Shown here: positions 1-9,079 of the stretch, piece by piece
Layout: each line of letters begins with the position of its first letter
How positions within the stretch are numbered: the first letter of the stretch is position 1
Origin: a virus
IMG/VR virus record: IMGVR_UViG_3300012199_000001
Location: 3,598-67,597 of that record
DNA: 64,000 bases
Strand: one strand, 5' to 3'
The notes under the pieces: model-generated
Database searches by the model: none
What the model saw: only the letters and a program-made list of their open reading frames with translations
What the model was told of the DNA's origin: nothing
Program-made: the position numbers and the translations under genes

Positions 1-308
1 ATGGGAGCCCGAGCCAGCCAGGATCGGTGAGCGGCTGTGTATCCCGCAAGTGAATCGGCAAGTCCTGCTGTCGTAGCGGCTGCGTGGTTCGCAGATGGAC
101 AGGTAACGGCACCTCGTACTCGGTATCATCCTGTGCTTCGCCTGTGAGTGATGGATTTGCAAGCAGGTTGACAATGATATCGGCGTCCAACTGCCGATAA
201 GAGTCCCATGCCTGGCCGAGTCCCTGGCACCTGCGCCAATCTAGTGCCCGGCGTTTCTGCTCTCCAAACAGATGAGCCAGCGACTCGACAATGCTTTCTT
301 TTGCTGAG

Positions 309-956
309 TTAAAATGTCCCGGATCGAAAGGTTGATCCCTGCCGATGGACCACAGGCTTTTTTTGAGTGATATCCTGGTAGGCTTCTTCATCCTCAGTCT
401 CCTCGCTGGCACAGAGGATCTGGTCACATGCCAGTGTATTGTCGCAGCACAACTTAATCGGACCGTACCTGTCCCAAATCTCGTCTGTGATCTGGTACAA
501 ATCACGCAACTCGCATAATGTCTTCTCATGCAGATATGCGGTAGTCACACGCGTTTGGTCGTACTTACGGTAATGTGCTTCTGTTTTCTCGATGATGAGA
601 TCGGGCAAGTTGGGAAGCAGGACAAATGGCTCTAGCACCACATGCTCCTGTTTTGCCGACGATCCAGCACTTGGCAGTTCGTGTTCGGTTGGTATCTCCT
701 CGATGGTGTTGATTGGTAATTTGGCGGCGGGTAGATGAAGATTGTAGTCCGTGTGCTGCTTTGTGGGCTGATTTGCGAACTGGCGCTTGCGACGCTCGCG
801 CTCTTGCTCACGACGCTCCATGCGCTCTAGACGGTACCTCAGTGCTGCAATTTCCTGTCGCAGCTCTGACACTTCTTCGCGCCAGATGCTGCGTGCTCTC
901 GCGGAGGATTCAGAATATGGCGGCACCATACGTGGCGTATTGATATTGATCGCCAT
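309..956 (-). CDS. Hypothetical coiled-coil protein
   Basis: ORF; GAGG SD before ATG at 956; heptad-like stretch EEVSELRQEIAALRYRLERMERRE. Confidence 0.65.
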   Translation of the reverse strand: MAININTPRMVPPYSESSARARSIWREEVSELRQEIAALRYRLERMERREQERERRKRQFANQPTKQHTDYNLHLPAAKLPINTIEEIPTEHELPSAGSSAKQEHVVLEPFVLLPNLPDLIIEKTEAHYRKYDQTRVTTAYLHEKTLCELRDLYQITDEIWDRYGPIKLCCDNTLACDQILCASEETEDEEAYQDITQKKPVVHRQGSTFRSGTF

Positions 957-1344
957 AGAAATAGCCTCTTCTCTCACGTGCCTCACGGAATGTTTCGTGG
1001 GCGCAAAAATCCCTAATGGGATCACAAAAGTTGAGGGTCGCCGGTTGGGGTAGTACTCTTACCATCCACTACCCCGCAAATACGTTCTCATCAATTGATG
1101 TATCTCTTTATATAAATTTAATGCAAGTGTCTGTTCTCTGTGCTTATCTCTCAATTGATGAAGTAATGATCATAGAATAGTCCACATTCCATAGACACGT
1201 CAAGTGTTTTGTTGTCCTGGGAACGTTCTCTTTTTCTTCAAGCAACGAAAATGAAAATTCTGTAATCATTACAACTTTGTAAGGAAGCAAGCACATATGG
1301 GCTGGTAGAGTAGTGATAGGTCAGTGATCATGGTAAGATGAGAA

Positions 1345-1369
1345 ACGAATTCACGTGACGTGAATTCGT
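1345..1369. promoter_or_regulatory. Perfect 25-bp palindrome, putative operator
   Basis: ACGAATTCACGT-G-ACGTGAATTCGT just upstream of the HTH gene at 1387. Confidence 0.55.
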
Positions 1370-1386
1370 GAGAGTGAGGAGAAACC

Positions 1387-1845
1387 ATGCTACCATCAGA
1401 TGAGCATGGAACTCAAGTGTCACCACAGGAAGAGAAGCAAGAACGCAACATTTCAGTGTTTGGACATTATCTGAGGGCTATGTGTGCGTACCTCCAGGTG
1501 AGCCAGGTGCACCTCGCAACTGAGGCGGGACTCACCAAGAAGGCAATTACCAGATTTACTGGTCCATCTTCAGGCGTGGATAATTACCCTGCACCCGAAA
1601 CACTGAAAAGTCTTCTTGTGGCGATGGAGTCCATTGCTGCAAGCAAGAAGCGCCCGCTTCCGTGCGGTTGGCATCTTGAGTTCCTTCTGTCTCCACAAGC
1701 AGAAAAAGCCGATGGCTTGCTCTACCTAACTTACTTCCGAGAGCATGTGATGTTAGAGGAAGACTTGGAGAGAGCCGAGGCGTTGATTTTTTCGATGAGA
1801 CAGACTATCGATATAGTACGGGGGCGCTCCCGGTCAGAAAAGTAA
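1387..1845 (+). CDS. XRE-family HTH regulator
   Basis: FGHYLRAM..VSQVHLATEAGLTKKAITRF..P..ETLKSL pattern; GAGGAG SD. Confidence 0.65.
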   Translation: MLPSDEHGTQVSPQEEKQERNISVFGHYLRAMCAYLQVSQVHLATEAGLTKKAITRFTGPSSGVDNYPAPETLKSLLVAMESIAASKKRPLPCGWHLEFLLSPQAEKADGLLYLTYFREHVMLEEDLERAEALIFSMRQTIDIVRGRSRSEK

Positions 1846-2184
1846 CGTCCTTCGACCGGAAGCAACCAGCAATACAAGAAGGCACGCTGCGTATGTGACG
1901 TGCTCGTGATGAGTGTCGTGCTTTGTGTCTCTGCGATACAGAGTACGCCTCCCCATGTCAAAATGCAAGCATGCAGATAGACACAAATCCACATTTTAAA
2001 TACAAATGTGACACATCGCACATAACAAATATTTTCCATTGCATCCTCTTCATAGGCCGCTTCCTTGACGATTGTAGGATTATAAGCCCACTGGTGCAGC
2101 CTCCATGCCTGAGTGTGCCCACTATGCGACGAGTCGATAGGTTTGATAGCCTAGCTGGAAACAAAGGGAAGGTAAGCGGGATGG

Positions 2185-2397
2185 ATGATACGGTTGAAAG
2201 TACGAGAGAAGGCGAAAGTACTAGGAGTGAGCCAGCGGCAATTGATACGGCGATCCGGGCTGGACATCAAAGTCATCCAGCGTGTGTTCCGCGATCCGCA
2301 CGCCAACATCACCATGATCACGCTGGACCGGATCGCGCAGGCCCTCGGCGTCGATGCGAGCGAGTTGATTGAGAGTGAGCACGAGGAGGAGAAATAA
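2185..2397 (+). CDS. Cro/C1-type HTH regulator
   Basis: MIRLKVRE..GVSQRQLIRRSGL..NITMITLDRIAQALGVDASELIE. Confidence 0.88.
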   Translation: MIRLKVREKAKVLGVSQRQLIRRSGLDIKVIQRVFRDPHANITMITLDRIAQALGVDASELIESEHEEEK

Positions 2398-2415
2398 CTT
2401 GTGTAACGTGGAGGC

Positions 2416-2450
2416 AAAAGAAAAGCCGCCCGGTGAAAGGCGGCTGGCTG
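2416..2450. terminator. Intrinsic terminator between convergent genes
   Basis: AGCCGCC/GGCGGCT stem preceded by an A-run (U-run on the minus strand). Confidence 0.6.
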
Positions 2451-2469
2451 AGAGTTGAAATGATGGAGA

Positions 2470-2646
2470 CTACTCATCCACCGGGCCAGTGTAGGTAATG
2501 TCAAGCACCGTACCATCTGGCTTGACGAGATGAACAGTGTCAAAGTTGCCTGTTTCCAGGTCATTCGATAACACGTCGGCGGTTGTGCCATCTGGCAACG
2601 TTCCGTAGAATGCATTCAGGTCTTCCAAGCTGTTAATGGTCTCCAT
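2470..2646 (-). CDS. Small acidic hypothetical protein (58 aa, missing from ORF track)
   Basis: AGAAAGGG SD, ATG..TAG; METINSLEDLNAFYGTLPDG...TYTGPVDE. Confidence 0.7.
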   Translation of the reverse strand: METINSLEDLNAFYGTLPDGTTADVLSNDLETGNFDTVHLVKPDGTVLDITYTGPVDE

Positions 2647-2660
2647 ATCTGTTCCCTTTC

Positions 2661-3026
2661 TTAGTTTGCGTGATATCGATTCAACTCTGCGATATCAGCG
2701 GAATCATTATCGAAACTGATATCGCGCATTCTCTTATCGTCCCAGATCGCGCGGTGCAGGTCTGTCAGAGGACCAAAGACAATTGGCGCGATGAATGCAT
2801 AAATCTCTGCCTCTGGCTTGTCTTGCCAGTTCACATCGCTCTGACTCACGGCTTTCGAGACTGCGTGCTCACGTATGGATGGTCCACCATAGCCGCCAGC
2901 CATGCGGTATGCAGCGTAGGCGACGCTATTAGCAAACGCTGCATGTTTTTGTGGGCTTGCAGTGGGGTAGTGCTTTTTGCCCCACTGCATCGCAGTCTCT
3001 AACGTCTGATGAAAACTCTCGCTCAT
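2661..3026 (-). CDS. Hypothetical protein
   Basis: ORF with ATGA overlap to the upstream gene. Confidence 0.75.
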   Translation of the reverse strand: MSESFHQTLETAMQWGKKHYPTASPQKHAAFANSVAYAAYRMAGGYGGPSIREHAVSKAVSQSDVNWQDKPEAEIYAFIAPIVFGPLTDLHRAIWDDKRMRDISFDNDSADIAELNRYHAN

Positions 3027-3250
3027 GTGTTTCCGCGCTTTTTCTTGATTTCCTTTGCGTGGAAGAAATTCTCTGGCGTCATGTCGGGCTGCTGATCGCG
3101 CCAGTACTGTTCATCTGGATGAAGCTCATAGAAGAGCTGAACGCTTTCCTCCGTCTCCAGGTCGGTCAACCCCTCTGGGTCTTCTTCTTCTTTGGCTGCC
3201 AGTTCGTTGTATCTGGCTAGCCGATCCAGATGCTTTTTCTCTTCTGACAT
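3023..3250 (-). CDS. Hypothetical protein
   Basis: AGGAG SD, operon packing. Confidence 0.75.
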   Translation of the reverse strand: MSEEKKHLDRLARYNELAAKEEEDPEGLTDLETEESVQLFYELHPDEQYWRDQQPDMTPENFFHAKEIKKKRGNT

Positions 3251-3271
3251 GGACTTTCTCCTGTGGTGTGT

Positions 3272-3604
3272 TTATCGTCCTGGTCTTGATGGACGGGCGG
3301 GACGGTCTCCCATTGGACGATGAAACGAGCGTTGGCGATGCTCGCGTCTGCGTGGCTCTGAGGCGACAGAAACAGAAGCAACCTCTTCTCCTTCTACGGG
3401 ATCATGTTGGCAAGAGCCAGAATGCACCTTATCGTGGCAGCACACTTGCTCAGACACGACAAGGCATGGATCATGCTGACAGAATCCACACCATGTGGAA
3501 CCGGGGCAATTGCAATAGCCGTAACGAACTACGTTATGGCAGCACACCTGCCCAGAATCGACGAGACAAGGATCAGTTTTGCAGCTTCCACAGTATGTAT
3601 TCAT
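3272..3604 (-). CDS. Cys/His-rich repeat protein, probable metal binder
   Basis: Repeated CGxCxxDPCLVxSxQVCCH units; AAGGA SD. Confidence 0.65.
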   Translation of the reverse strand: MNTYCGSCKTDPCLVDSGQVCCHNVVRYGYCNCPGSTWCGFCQHDPCLVVSEQVCCHDKVHSGSCQHDPVEGEEVASVSVASEPRRREHRQRSFHRPMGDRPARPSRPGR

Positions 3605-3734
3605 AATGGTTTCCTTTCTGGGCCTGAGCCCAACTCTTTTTTGCTTCAAGCGTAGCCGATCCACGCCTGAATTACATCAGAACTCTTGCTGAATATCTCA
3701 GAAGAAGTTCTGAAAAACCGCCTTTGCGGCAATA

Positions 3735-3983
3735 CTACTGTGTATACCAACCATCTACCTCGGTAGTTCGTGGATGGGGAGCCATAGGCACATCGGCAAC
3801 CTTTGTGTAGCCATGCTCAGTTAGCCACTCTTCAGGGTTATTGCCTTGATACAGTGGTTGCCGATAACCACTGATGTTGTGCTCCGTCGCTGGCTCTAAT
3901 TGTTGACCATCTAGAAACTCTTCGATATCATCCAGACTCACGACTGGAGATACAAGGACTTCTCGTGGCAATTCCTTGCTCAT
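3735..3983 (-). CDS. Hypothetical protein
   Basis: ORF with purine-rich SD. Confidence 0.7.
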   Translation of the reverse strand: MSKELPREVLVSPVVSLDDIEEFLDGQQLEPATEHNISGYRQPLYQGNNPEEWLTEHGYTKVADVPMAPHPRTTEVDGWYTQ

Positions 3984-4000
3984 GTGTTGTTCTCTCTTCC

Positions 4001-4186
4001 CTAGCTTGTCGTCCAGAGGGCCTCTGCAATAATGCTTCGGCCTTCAACTTTTATCCGCCCGATCTCCGAGCCCTGAAAAACAATATATATCCACCCGTTC
4101 TTTTCTCGGGCAGAAAGGCTACTCACCACGCTGCGCCACGTGGGATGAGCCTTCGTGAAGGCTCGAATGGCTTCATCTGCTGTCAT
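4001..4186 (-). CDS. Hypothetical protein
   Basis: GAGGAG SD before ATG 4186. Confidence 0.6.
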   Translation of the reverse strand: MTADEAIRAFTKAHPTWRSVVSSLSAREKNGWIYIVFQGSEIGRIKVEGRSIIAEALWTTS

Positions 4187-4208
4187 CTTGGTTTCTCCTC
4201 TGGGGCAA

Positions 4209-4394
4209 TTAAGCTCCCGATTTGTCAAGCAGCCTCATACCCTTGTAGAGGCGCTCTATATCTTTCGTTTTCATGTGTTGTGCTTCTTGCCTGCGCACTT
4301 CTGCATAATAGCAGTCGGGCTCATGAGTGAAGTTCCATGCCCGAACGTGCTGTGAGGGATGCCGGTGTGCGCACGTACACTTTGACTTGTACAT
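4209..4394 (-). CDS. Small zinc-finger-like protein
   Basis: CxCxHxHxxxH..H..DC; AAGGAG SD. Confidence 0.55.
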   Translation of the reverse strand: MYKSKCTCAHRHPSQHVRAWNFTHEPDCYYAEVRRQEAQHMKTKDIERLYKGMRLLDKSGA

Positions 4395-4432
4395 GTTTCT
4401 CCTTCTCTCGGGCAGGCGATCTGCCCCAAGTG

Positions 4433-4684
4433 CTACTTGCGAGGCGTCCAGCCATCCTCGCCTGCAAATCTCACTATGCTCGCCAGTGGATCAGCACCAG
4501 GATAATCATATCCATAGTAGACACTGGTGCTACATGCTGGCTGACGGTAACGATCATCATTCTTGAAATCTTCGTAGTATCCAGCACTGATGTTGGCCTT
4601 GCTGACCGTGTATGTGCCAGAGATTTCGCCGTCTACGTGCTTGCTTGCGCATCCTGCTGATTGAAGTGCTTCGTGTAGTTTCAT
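4433..4684 (-). CDS. Hypothetical protein, first gene of leftward early operon
   Basis: GAGGAG SD downstream of the promoter at 4730-4758. Confidence 0.7.
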   Translation of the reverse strand: MKLHEALQSAGCASKHVDGEISGTYTVSKANISAGYYEDFKNDDRYRQPACSTSVYYGYDYPGADPLASIVRFAGEDGWTPRK

Positions 4685-4729
4685 TGGGTTCTCCTCTCAA
4701 CTGACTCAACACTCGTTCTTGATATTCTT

Positions 4730-4758
4730 AATTTACCATATCCTACGATATTTGTCAA
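4730..4758 (-). promoter_or_regulatory. Sigma70-type promoter with operator in spacer
   Basis: TTGACA-17bp-TAAATT with extended -10 TG; spacer contains ATCGTAGGATATGG. Confidence 0.75.
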
Positions 4759-4793
4759 GGGTATTTTAATGAAATATCGTAGGATGCAGAAAA

Positions 4794-5111
4794 TTAGTTT
4801 TCACTTCTCTTCTTTGGTCTTCCGGGCGCTTCGTGAGGCAGTTCTACCTTATAAAGATCGGACATGGCAAAGTAGAGCGCCTGTCCAGCTCGCTTCGAGT
4901 GTTTCTCATCTCGGCTGATCAGTGCTCCATTCTTGTCAAAGACGTAAGGCTTTAGTTTGCCATTTCTGACCAGCAGATGGACAGTGTCAACAGAGATATT
5001 GTCCTTGCCCATTCTTTCGGCGATTACCTTTGCAGCGCCTCTGGTGTCGCGTATGTCGCGTGCTGAGAGCGTGGCTGGTGGCCTTGTCGGTGTAGTGGTT
5101 TCATTGCTCAT
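4794..5111 (-). CDS. HTH DNA-binding protein (excisionase/MerR-like fold)
   Basis: AAKVIAERM..ISVDTVHLLVRNGKLKP..ALYFAMSDL; C-terminal GRPKK hook. Confidence 0.6.
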   Translation of the reverse strand: MSNETTTPTRPPATLSARDIRDTRGAAKVIAERMGKDNISVDTVHLLVRNGKLKPYVFDKNGALISRDEKHSKRAGQALYFAMSDLYKVELPHEAPGRPKKRSEN

Positions 5112-5194
5112 CGGGCTCTCCTCTCGTGTTTTTTCATAGGATACCCGATTTTTGAAGAAATTGCAAGATGCTACGAAATTATGTGGTAAAAGCC

Positions 5195-5223
5195 TTGACT
5201 TTCATCGTAGGATATGGTATTAT
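5195..5223 (+). promoter_or_regulatory. Sigma70-type promoter with the same operator in spacer
   Basis: TTGACT-17bp-TATTAT; spacer contains ATCGTAGGATATGG. Confidence 0.75.
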
Positions 5224-5284
5224 TCTTATGTGAGGAGGAACAAGAAACCTTGAATAATCCGCCTCCCCACAGGAGAACAAGAGA

Positions 5285-5761
5285 ATGATAAAGCAATCGA
5301 CAAAGACACGCAAGAGCAGCAAGGCCAAAAGTGTTACGATCATCGCCCGCTATTTCATTAAGCGCAACGGGCATGTTGTGTACCGTGTCCGCTCATCGAA
5401 TGGCGTTGACACCTACTGCACTACGATTATCAACGGGCAAGCGACCGGCTGCACCTGTCCCGCCGTAAAACCCTGTTACCATATGACGCAATTGGAGAAG
5501 ATTGAGTGCGAACGCGCCGAGCGTATCGCTGCTCAATCTGAGCAGGCCAACGAGAAGAAGTTGGCAGAGCGTAAATTGGAAGAGTCCTATAGAGAGCTGG
5601 CTCAGGCCCAACTCGAATGGGCGGAGCACTGGGCACCGCTCCTGGGGATCACGGTGGACGCGTTGCTCGCTATGGGCATCGGTGAATATCGCCCGCTGAT
5701 CGAGGCATATGAGGATGGACGCAACCGCTACAACAATATGGCGCTCGCATTAGGATGGTAG
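5285..5761 (+). CDS. SWIM zinc-finger protein
   Basis: YRVRSS..Y..GCTCP..PCYH (CxC..CxH). Confidence 0.75.
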   Translation: MIKQSTKTRKSSKAKSVTIIARYFIKRNGHVVYRVRSSNGVDTYCTTIINGQATGCTCPAVKPCYHMTQLEKIECERAERIAAQSEQANEKKLAERKLEESYRELAQAQLEWAEHWAPLLGITVDALLAMGIGEYRPLIEAYEDGRNRYNNMALALGW

Positions 5762-5816
5762 GACAGTAGGTAGTACGATAGATCGGCGAGCCGAAGCCCG
5801 CCGGGAGGAGTGAGAG

Positions 5817-6500
5817 ATGAGCAACAATATATTCAATCCATCAGAACATTTGATACAGTTGAAAAGCCGCGACGGATCTAAGGACTACTTACCCGTGCAA
5901 TGGCGGCTCGTTTGGTTTCGTGAGCAGTGCCCTCTCGGTACTATCGATACCGAGGAGATGGAAGTCGATACGGAGCGCGAGGTAGAGGCCGAGGCGTTTG
6001 TCTGGAATAACGAGAAGCGCAAATCTGAGAAGATCATCAAACGCGCAAAGGGCTACGCTCGCTATAAAGCCATTGTGACTGATGGCAAGGGTGGCCGCGC
6101 AACTGGCACAAAGTCAGAGAATGCTGCGAACTTCGCTGATTATGTTGAAAAAGCTGAAACAGGAAGTATAGGGCGTGCGCTGGCAGCTCTCGGTTATGGT
6201 ACTCAGTTTACTGGCGATGAGTTCAACGAAGCGCATCGTATTGTGGATGCTCCAGTCGAATTTTCCGCCGCCTCCAATGGTCATAGCAACGGCAGCATGC
6301 CCGTTACCACGTCTACCCCAGAGGTCTCAACCGATCAGGCGCTCATCACGGAGCGTCAGTTGAATAGCATTCGCAAACTATCCCAGACTCTTCGCAAGAA
6401 TGAGCCACAGGATTTAGAGAAGATGTCTTCTCAAGCGGCGGGGTCGCTGATCCAGCAATTGACTACCGAATATAAGCAGAGGCAGGCACAAGCCTCCTAG
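5817..6500 (+). CDS. Rad52/Sak-like single-strand annealing protein
   Basis: YLPVQWRLVWFR..ATGTKSE..EKAETGSIGRALAALGYG, plus C-terminal ITERQLNSI module. Confidence 0.7.
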   Translation: MSNNIFNPSEHLIQLKSRDGSKDYLPVQWRLVWFREQCPLGTIDTEEMEVDTEREVEAEAFVWNNEKRKSEKIIKRAKGYARYKAIVTDGKGGRATGTKSENAANFADYVEKAETGSIGRALAALGYGTQFTGDEFNEAHRIVDAPVEFSAASNGHSNGSMPVTTSTPEVSTDQALITERQLNSIRKLSQTLRKNEPQDLEKMSSQAAGSLIQQLTTEYKQRQAQAS

Positions 6501-6545
6501 CACAGTGGCCCACCGGGAGCCAGCAATCCCGGTAAGGAGAACATC

Positions 6546-7016
6546 ATGGCAGTCGCAGGCTATAACGTCGTACCAGATGAAAATGATGAGCATGTGGTTG
6601 GTGTTGAGTTGGAGAGAGCCAACGAATACCATATGGGGAAAGCCTGCATCTACATGGATCAAGAAGAGATCCACCTCGACTACTACGAACTGTGTGCGCT
6701 GATCGGTCAGGCCAAATTCGTCCGTCTGGAGATGGAATGGAATATGGCGACCTACGCGCATGCGAGAGAAGGCAGTCAGGGAAAATCTCATCTTGTCCGC
6801 AAGGGAGATGCGAAGCTAGAGCGATCACACTTCACGATAGAGCCAGTTGCCTGCAAGTTCGAGAAGTCGCTGTGCGGGCGTCCCGCTCCGGAGTGGCACT
6901 ATCCCCCAACTCCGAGAGGATGGGATATCGATCCAGTGCTCGGTGATCCTGAGCACATGAATATCTGTAAGCGTTGCTATGAGGCATGGAAAAAGCAGCC
7001 AGCAGTCGAGAAGTAG
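6546..7016 (+). CDS. Hypothetical protein with zinc-finger-like C-terminus
   Basis: AAGGAG SD; H..SLCG..ICKRC. Confidence 0.7.
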   Translation: MAVAGYNVVPDENDEHVVGVELERANEYHMGKACIYMDQEEIHLDYYELCALIGQAKFVRLEMEWNMATYAHAREGSQGKSHLVRKGDAKLERSHFTIEPVACKFEKSLCGRPAPEWHYPPTPRGWDIDPVLGDPEHMNICKRCYEAWKKQPAVEK

Positions 7017-7062
7017 CGCGTTCGGGGCAGGCTTCGGCTTGCCCAATTCACAAGGAGTCGGG

Positions 7063-7416
7063 ATGATGAGAGAGGATCAACACCTCTGGCAGTTAGAAAT
7101 AGCGTATACCGTGCAATGTGTTCGTTGTTTTCAGCGAGAGGAAGTTATCAAGCCGATGCCAGGGCAAGCGATAGACGCACTTGCCTTCGTTGGTTGGACT
7201 GCCAACGCCGCCGGTCCCTGGTGTCCTGAGTGTAAGACACTTCTGTACGCGAGGCGTGGGCGCAAGCATAGCCTCTGTGTTGGCGATCAGGTATGTCAGG
7301 ATACCTCGCGCACTCTCCTCGGCCACATCGTCCAGTTAGGCGACGGATACGCTGAAGTCAGGCGCTCCGATGGCATCCAGGTCTATTGTACGGCTGAGCT
7401 AGTCAAGGTGAAATAG
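7063..7416 (+). CDS. Zinc-ribbon hypothetical protein
   Basis: CVRC..CPEC; AAGGAG SD. Confidence 0.65.
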   Translation: MMREDQHLWQLEIAYTVQCVRCFQREEVIKPMPGQAIDALAFVGWTANAAGPWCPECKTLLYARRGRKHSLCVGDQVCQDTSRTLLGHIVQLGDGYAEVRRSDGIQVYCTAELVKVK

Positions 7417-7463
7417 GCATTGCCACAAAGAGCCGTTTAACGAAGAAAGAAAGGATAGAGAGT

Positions 7464-7817
7464 ATGAATCAGCAAGAGGACAGTATTCGTTTTGTTCGCT
7501 GCCAGCGCTGCAATCTCTCCATGCGAGTACGCGTGAGACAGGGGAATCCAGATGCACGCCTGATGCGCTTCTCAGCAAGCGGTGAGGGCTATTGTGCAAG
7601 TTGTGCCGCTGCCCAGTTTTTGCAGAGTATTGAACATATCAAGCGCATGATCGACGAGAAACGCGAGACGCTCCTCTCAGAATCGATGCAGGTGCAATTT
7701 GCCGGTCTCATGCAGTCTGGCAATGCCGATGCAAAGCCAGTAGAAATTGACTGGCAAAGCGTCCATGATCACTGGGAGCTTCCCTTTGCCAAGCAACGCA
7801 AATCACGTAGATCCTAA
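7464..7817 (+). CDS. Zinc-ribbon hypothetical protein
   Basis: CQRC..CASC. Confidence 0.7.
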   Translation: MNQQEDSIRFVRCQRCNLSMRVRVRQGNPDARLMRFSASGEGYCASCAAAQFLQSIEHIKRMIDEKRETLLSESMQVQFAGLMQSGNADAKPVEIDWQSVHDHWELPFAKQRKSRRS

Positions 7818-7834
7818 AACGAAAGGAGCATATT

Positions 7835-8602
7835 ATGATCGTCTGGTCCTACGGTGGTGGAACTCAATCCATTGCCATAGCCCTGCTGGTAGCTATCGGC
7901 AAACTGCCTAAGCCTGATATGATCGTTTTTGCCGATACAGGCAGGGAGGCAACAGAAACTTTTGAGTATACAAAATCCTATGTTTCACCGCTCCTGGCAT
8001 CGTTAGGATTGCATATCGAGACTGCCAGCCATGATCTCTCAAAAGTCGATTTGTACAAGGTGACGGAGAAGAAGGAAACGCTGCTCCTTCCTGCGTTCAC
8101 GCAGGAAGGAAAACTTTCAAATTTCTGCTCTAATGAGTGGAAGTTGAGGGTTGTACGTCGGTACATTCGTAGCAAAGGTGTGGAGCACTGTATCAATTGG
8201 CTAGGCATGTCTACAGACGAGGTAGAGCGCCTTCATCCATCGGATGTGAAATGGTGTGTCACACACTGGCCTCTCTGTGATATGCCGGTATCTGCTGGCT
8301 ATGGTGTCCAGATGAGTCGCGCCGCCTGCAAGCAGTTGATCCTTGACTATGGATGGCCTGCTCCTCCAAAGTCATCGTGCTGGATGTGTCCTCACCGGCG
8401 TAATAAGCAGTGGCAACGGCTCAAGTTGTACTATCCTGCCGACTTTGAGAAGGCTGTACAACTTGACAAGGAAATACGAGCAAGGGACCAGCAAGGCGGG
8501 GTATGGCTGCACGATTCTCACCAGCCACTGGACGAAGTGGATTTTTCTAAAGAAGATCAACCTGGACTATTCGGATGTGATAGCGGGTTTTGCTGGACGT
8601 AG
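7835..8602 (+). CDS. PAPS-reductase-like PP-loop protein (possible DNA modification)
   Basis: SYGGGTQS loop, FADTGRE, C..EWK, GMSTDE..R, KSSCWMCP, terminal CDSGFC. Confidence 0.8.
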   Translation: MIVWSYGGGTQSIAIALLVAIGKLPKPDMIVFADTGREATETFEYTKSYVSPLLASLGLHIETASHDLSKVDLYKVTEKKETLLLPAFTQEGKLSNFCSNEWKLRVVRRYIRSKGVEHCINWLGMSTDEVERLHPSDVKWCVTHWPLCDMPVSAGYGVQMSRAACKQLILDYGWPAPPKSSCWMCPHRRNKQWQRLKLYYPADFEKAVQLDKEIRARDQQGGVWLHDSHQPLDEVDFSKEDQPGLFGCDSGFCWT

Positions 8603-8635
8603 TTGTTTACACCATAAAGAAAGAGGAGATAAGTC

Positions 8636-9037
8636 ATGCTGGAATACAAAGACACCATCATTCGCATCACGACACAAGATTTAACAACCGATCAGCCTGC
8701 TACCAAAGAGTATCCAGGCAAGGAAGCGGTTGGAACTGGCATAGGCTACTGGATTGGAGAGGAGGAGCCACCGGAGCGCACGTTTTACGCGCTCACTCAC
8801 CTACCAACGGGTTACAGGATGTTTACGGATTTCATCTTCAGCGAGCAAGCTGTGCAATTGATTATCGAGAAAATAGCACCGTTAATCGATTGGAACCGTC
8901 CGCTGGAGCAACTGATAGCTGATCCTGGGTACAAGGGGGTCATAGCAAAGGTGTCCCAGATCACGGCAGATGTCATATGGGACCATGCTGAGTCCATCGG
9001 CTTTGTCGGTGCGGATGGGCGCATCTGGAGCGTGTGA
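8636..9037 (+). CDS. Hypothetical protein
   Basis: GAGGAG SD; YALTHLPTGY motif. Confidence 0.7.
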   Translation: MLEYKDTIIRITTQDLTTDQPATKEYPGKEAVGTGIGYWIGEEEPPERTFYALTHLPTGYRMFTDFIFSEQAVQLIIEKIAPLIDWNRPLEQLIADPGYKGVIAKVSQITADVIWDHAESIGFVGADGRIWSV

Positions 9038-9079
9038 GCACAATATACCAGAGGAGGAGGTGGCACTCCCGCTCTGGCG

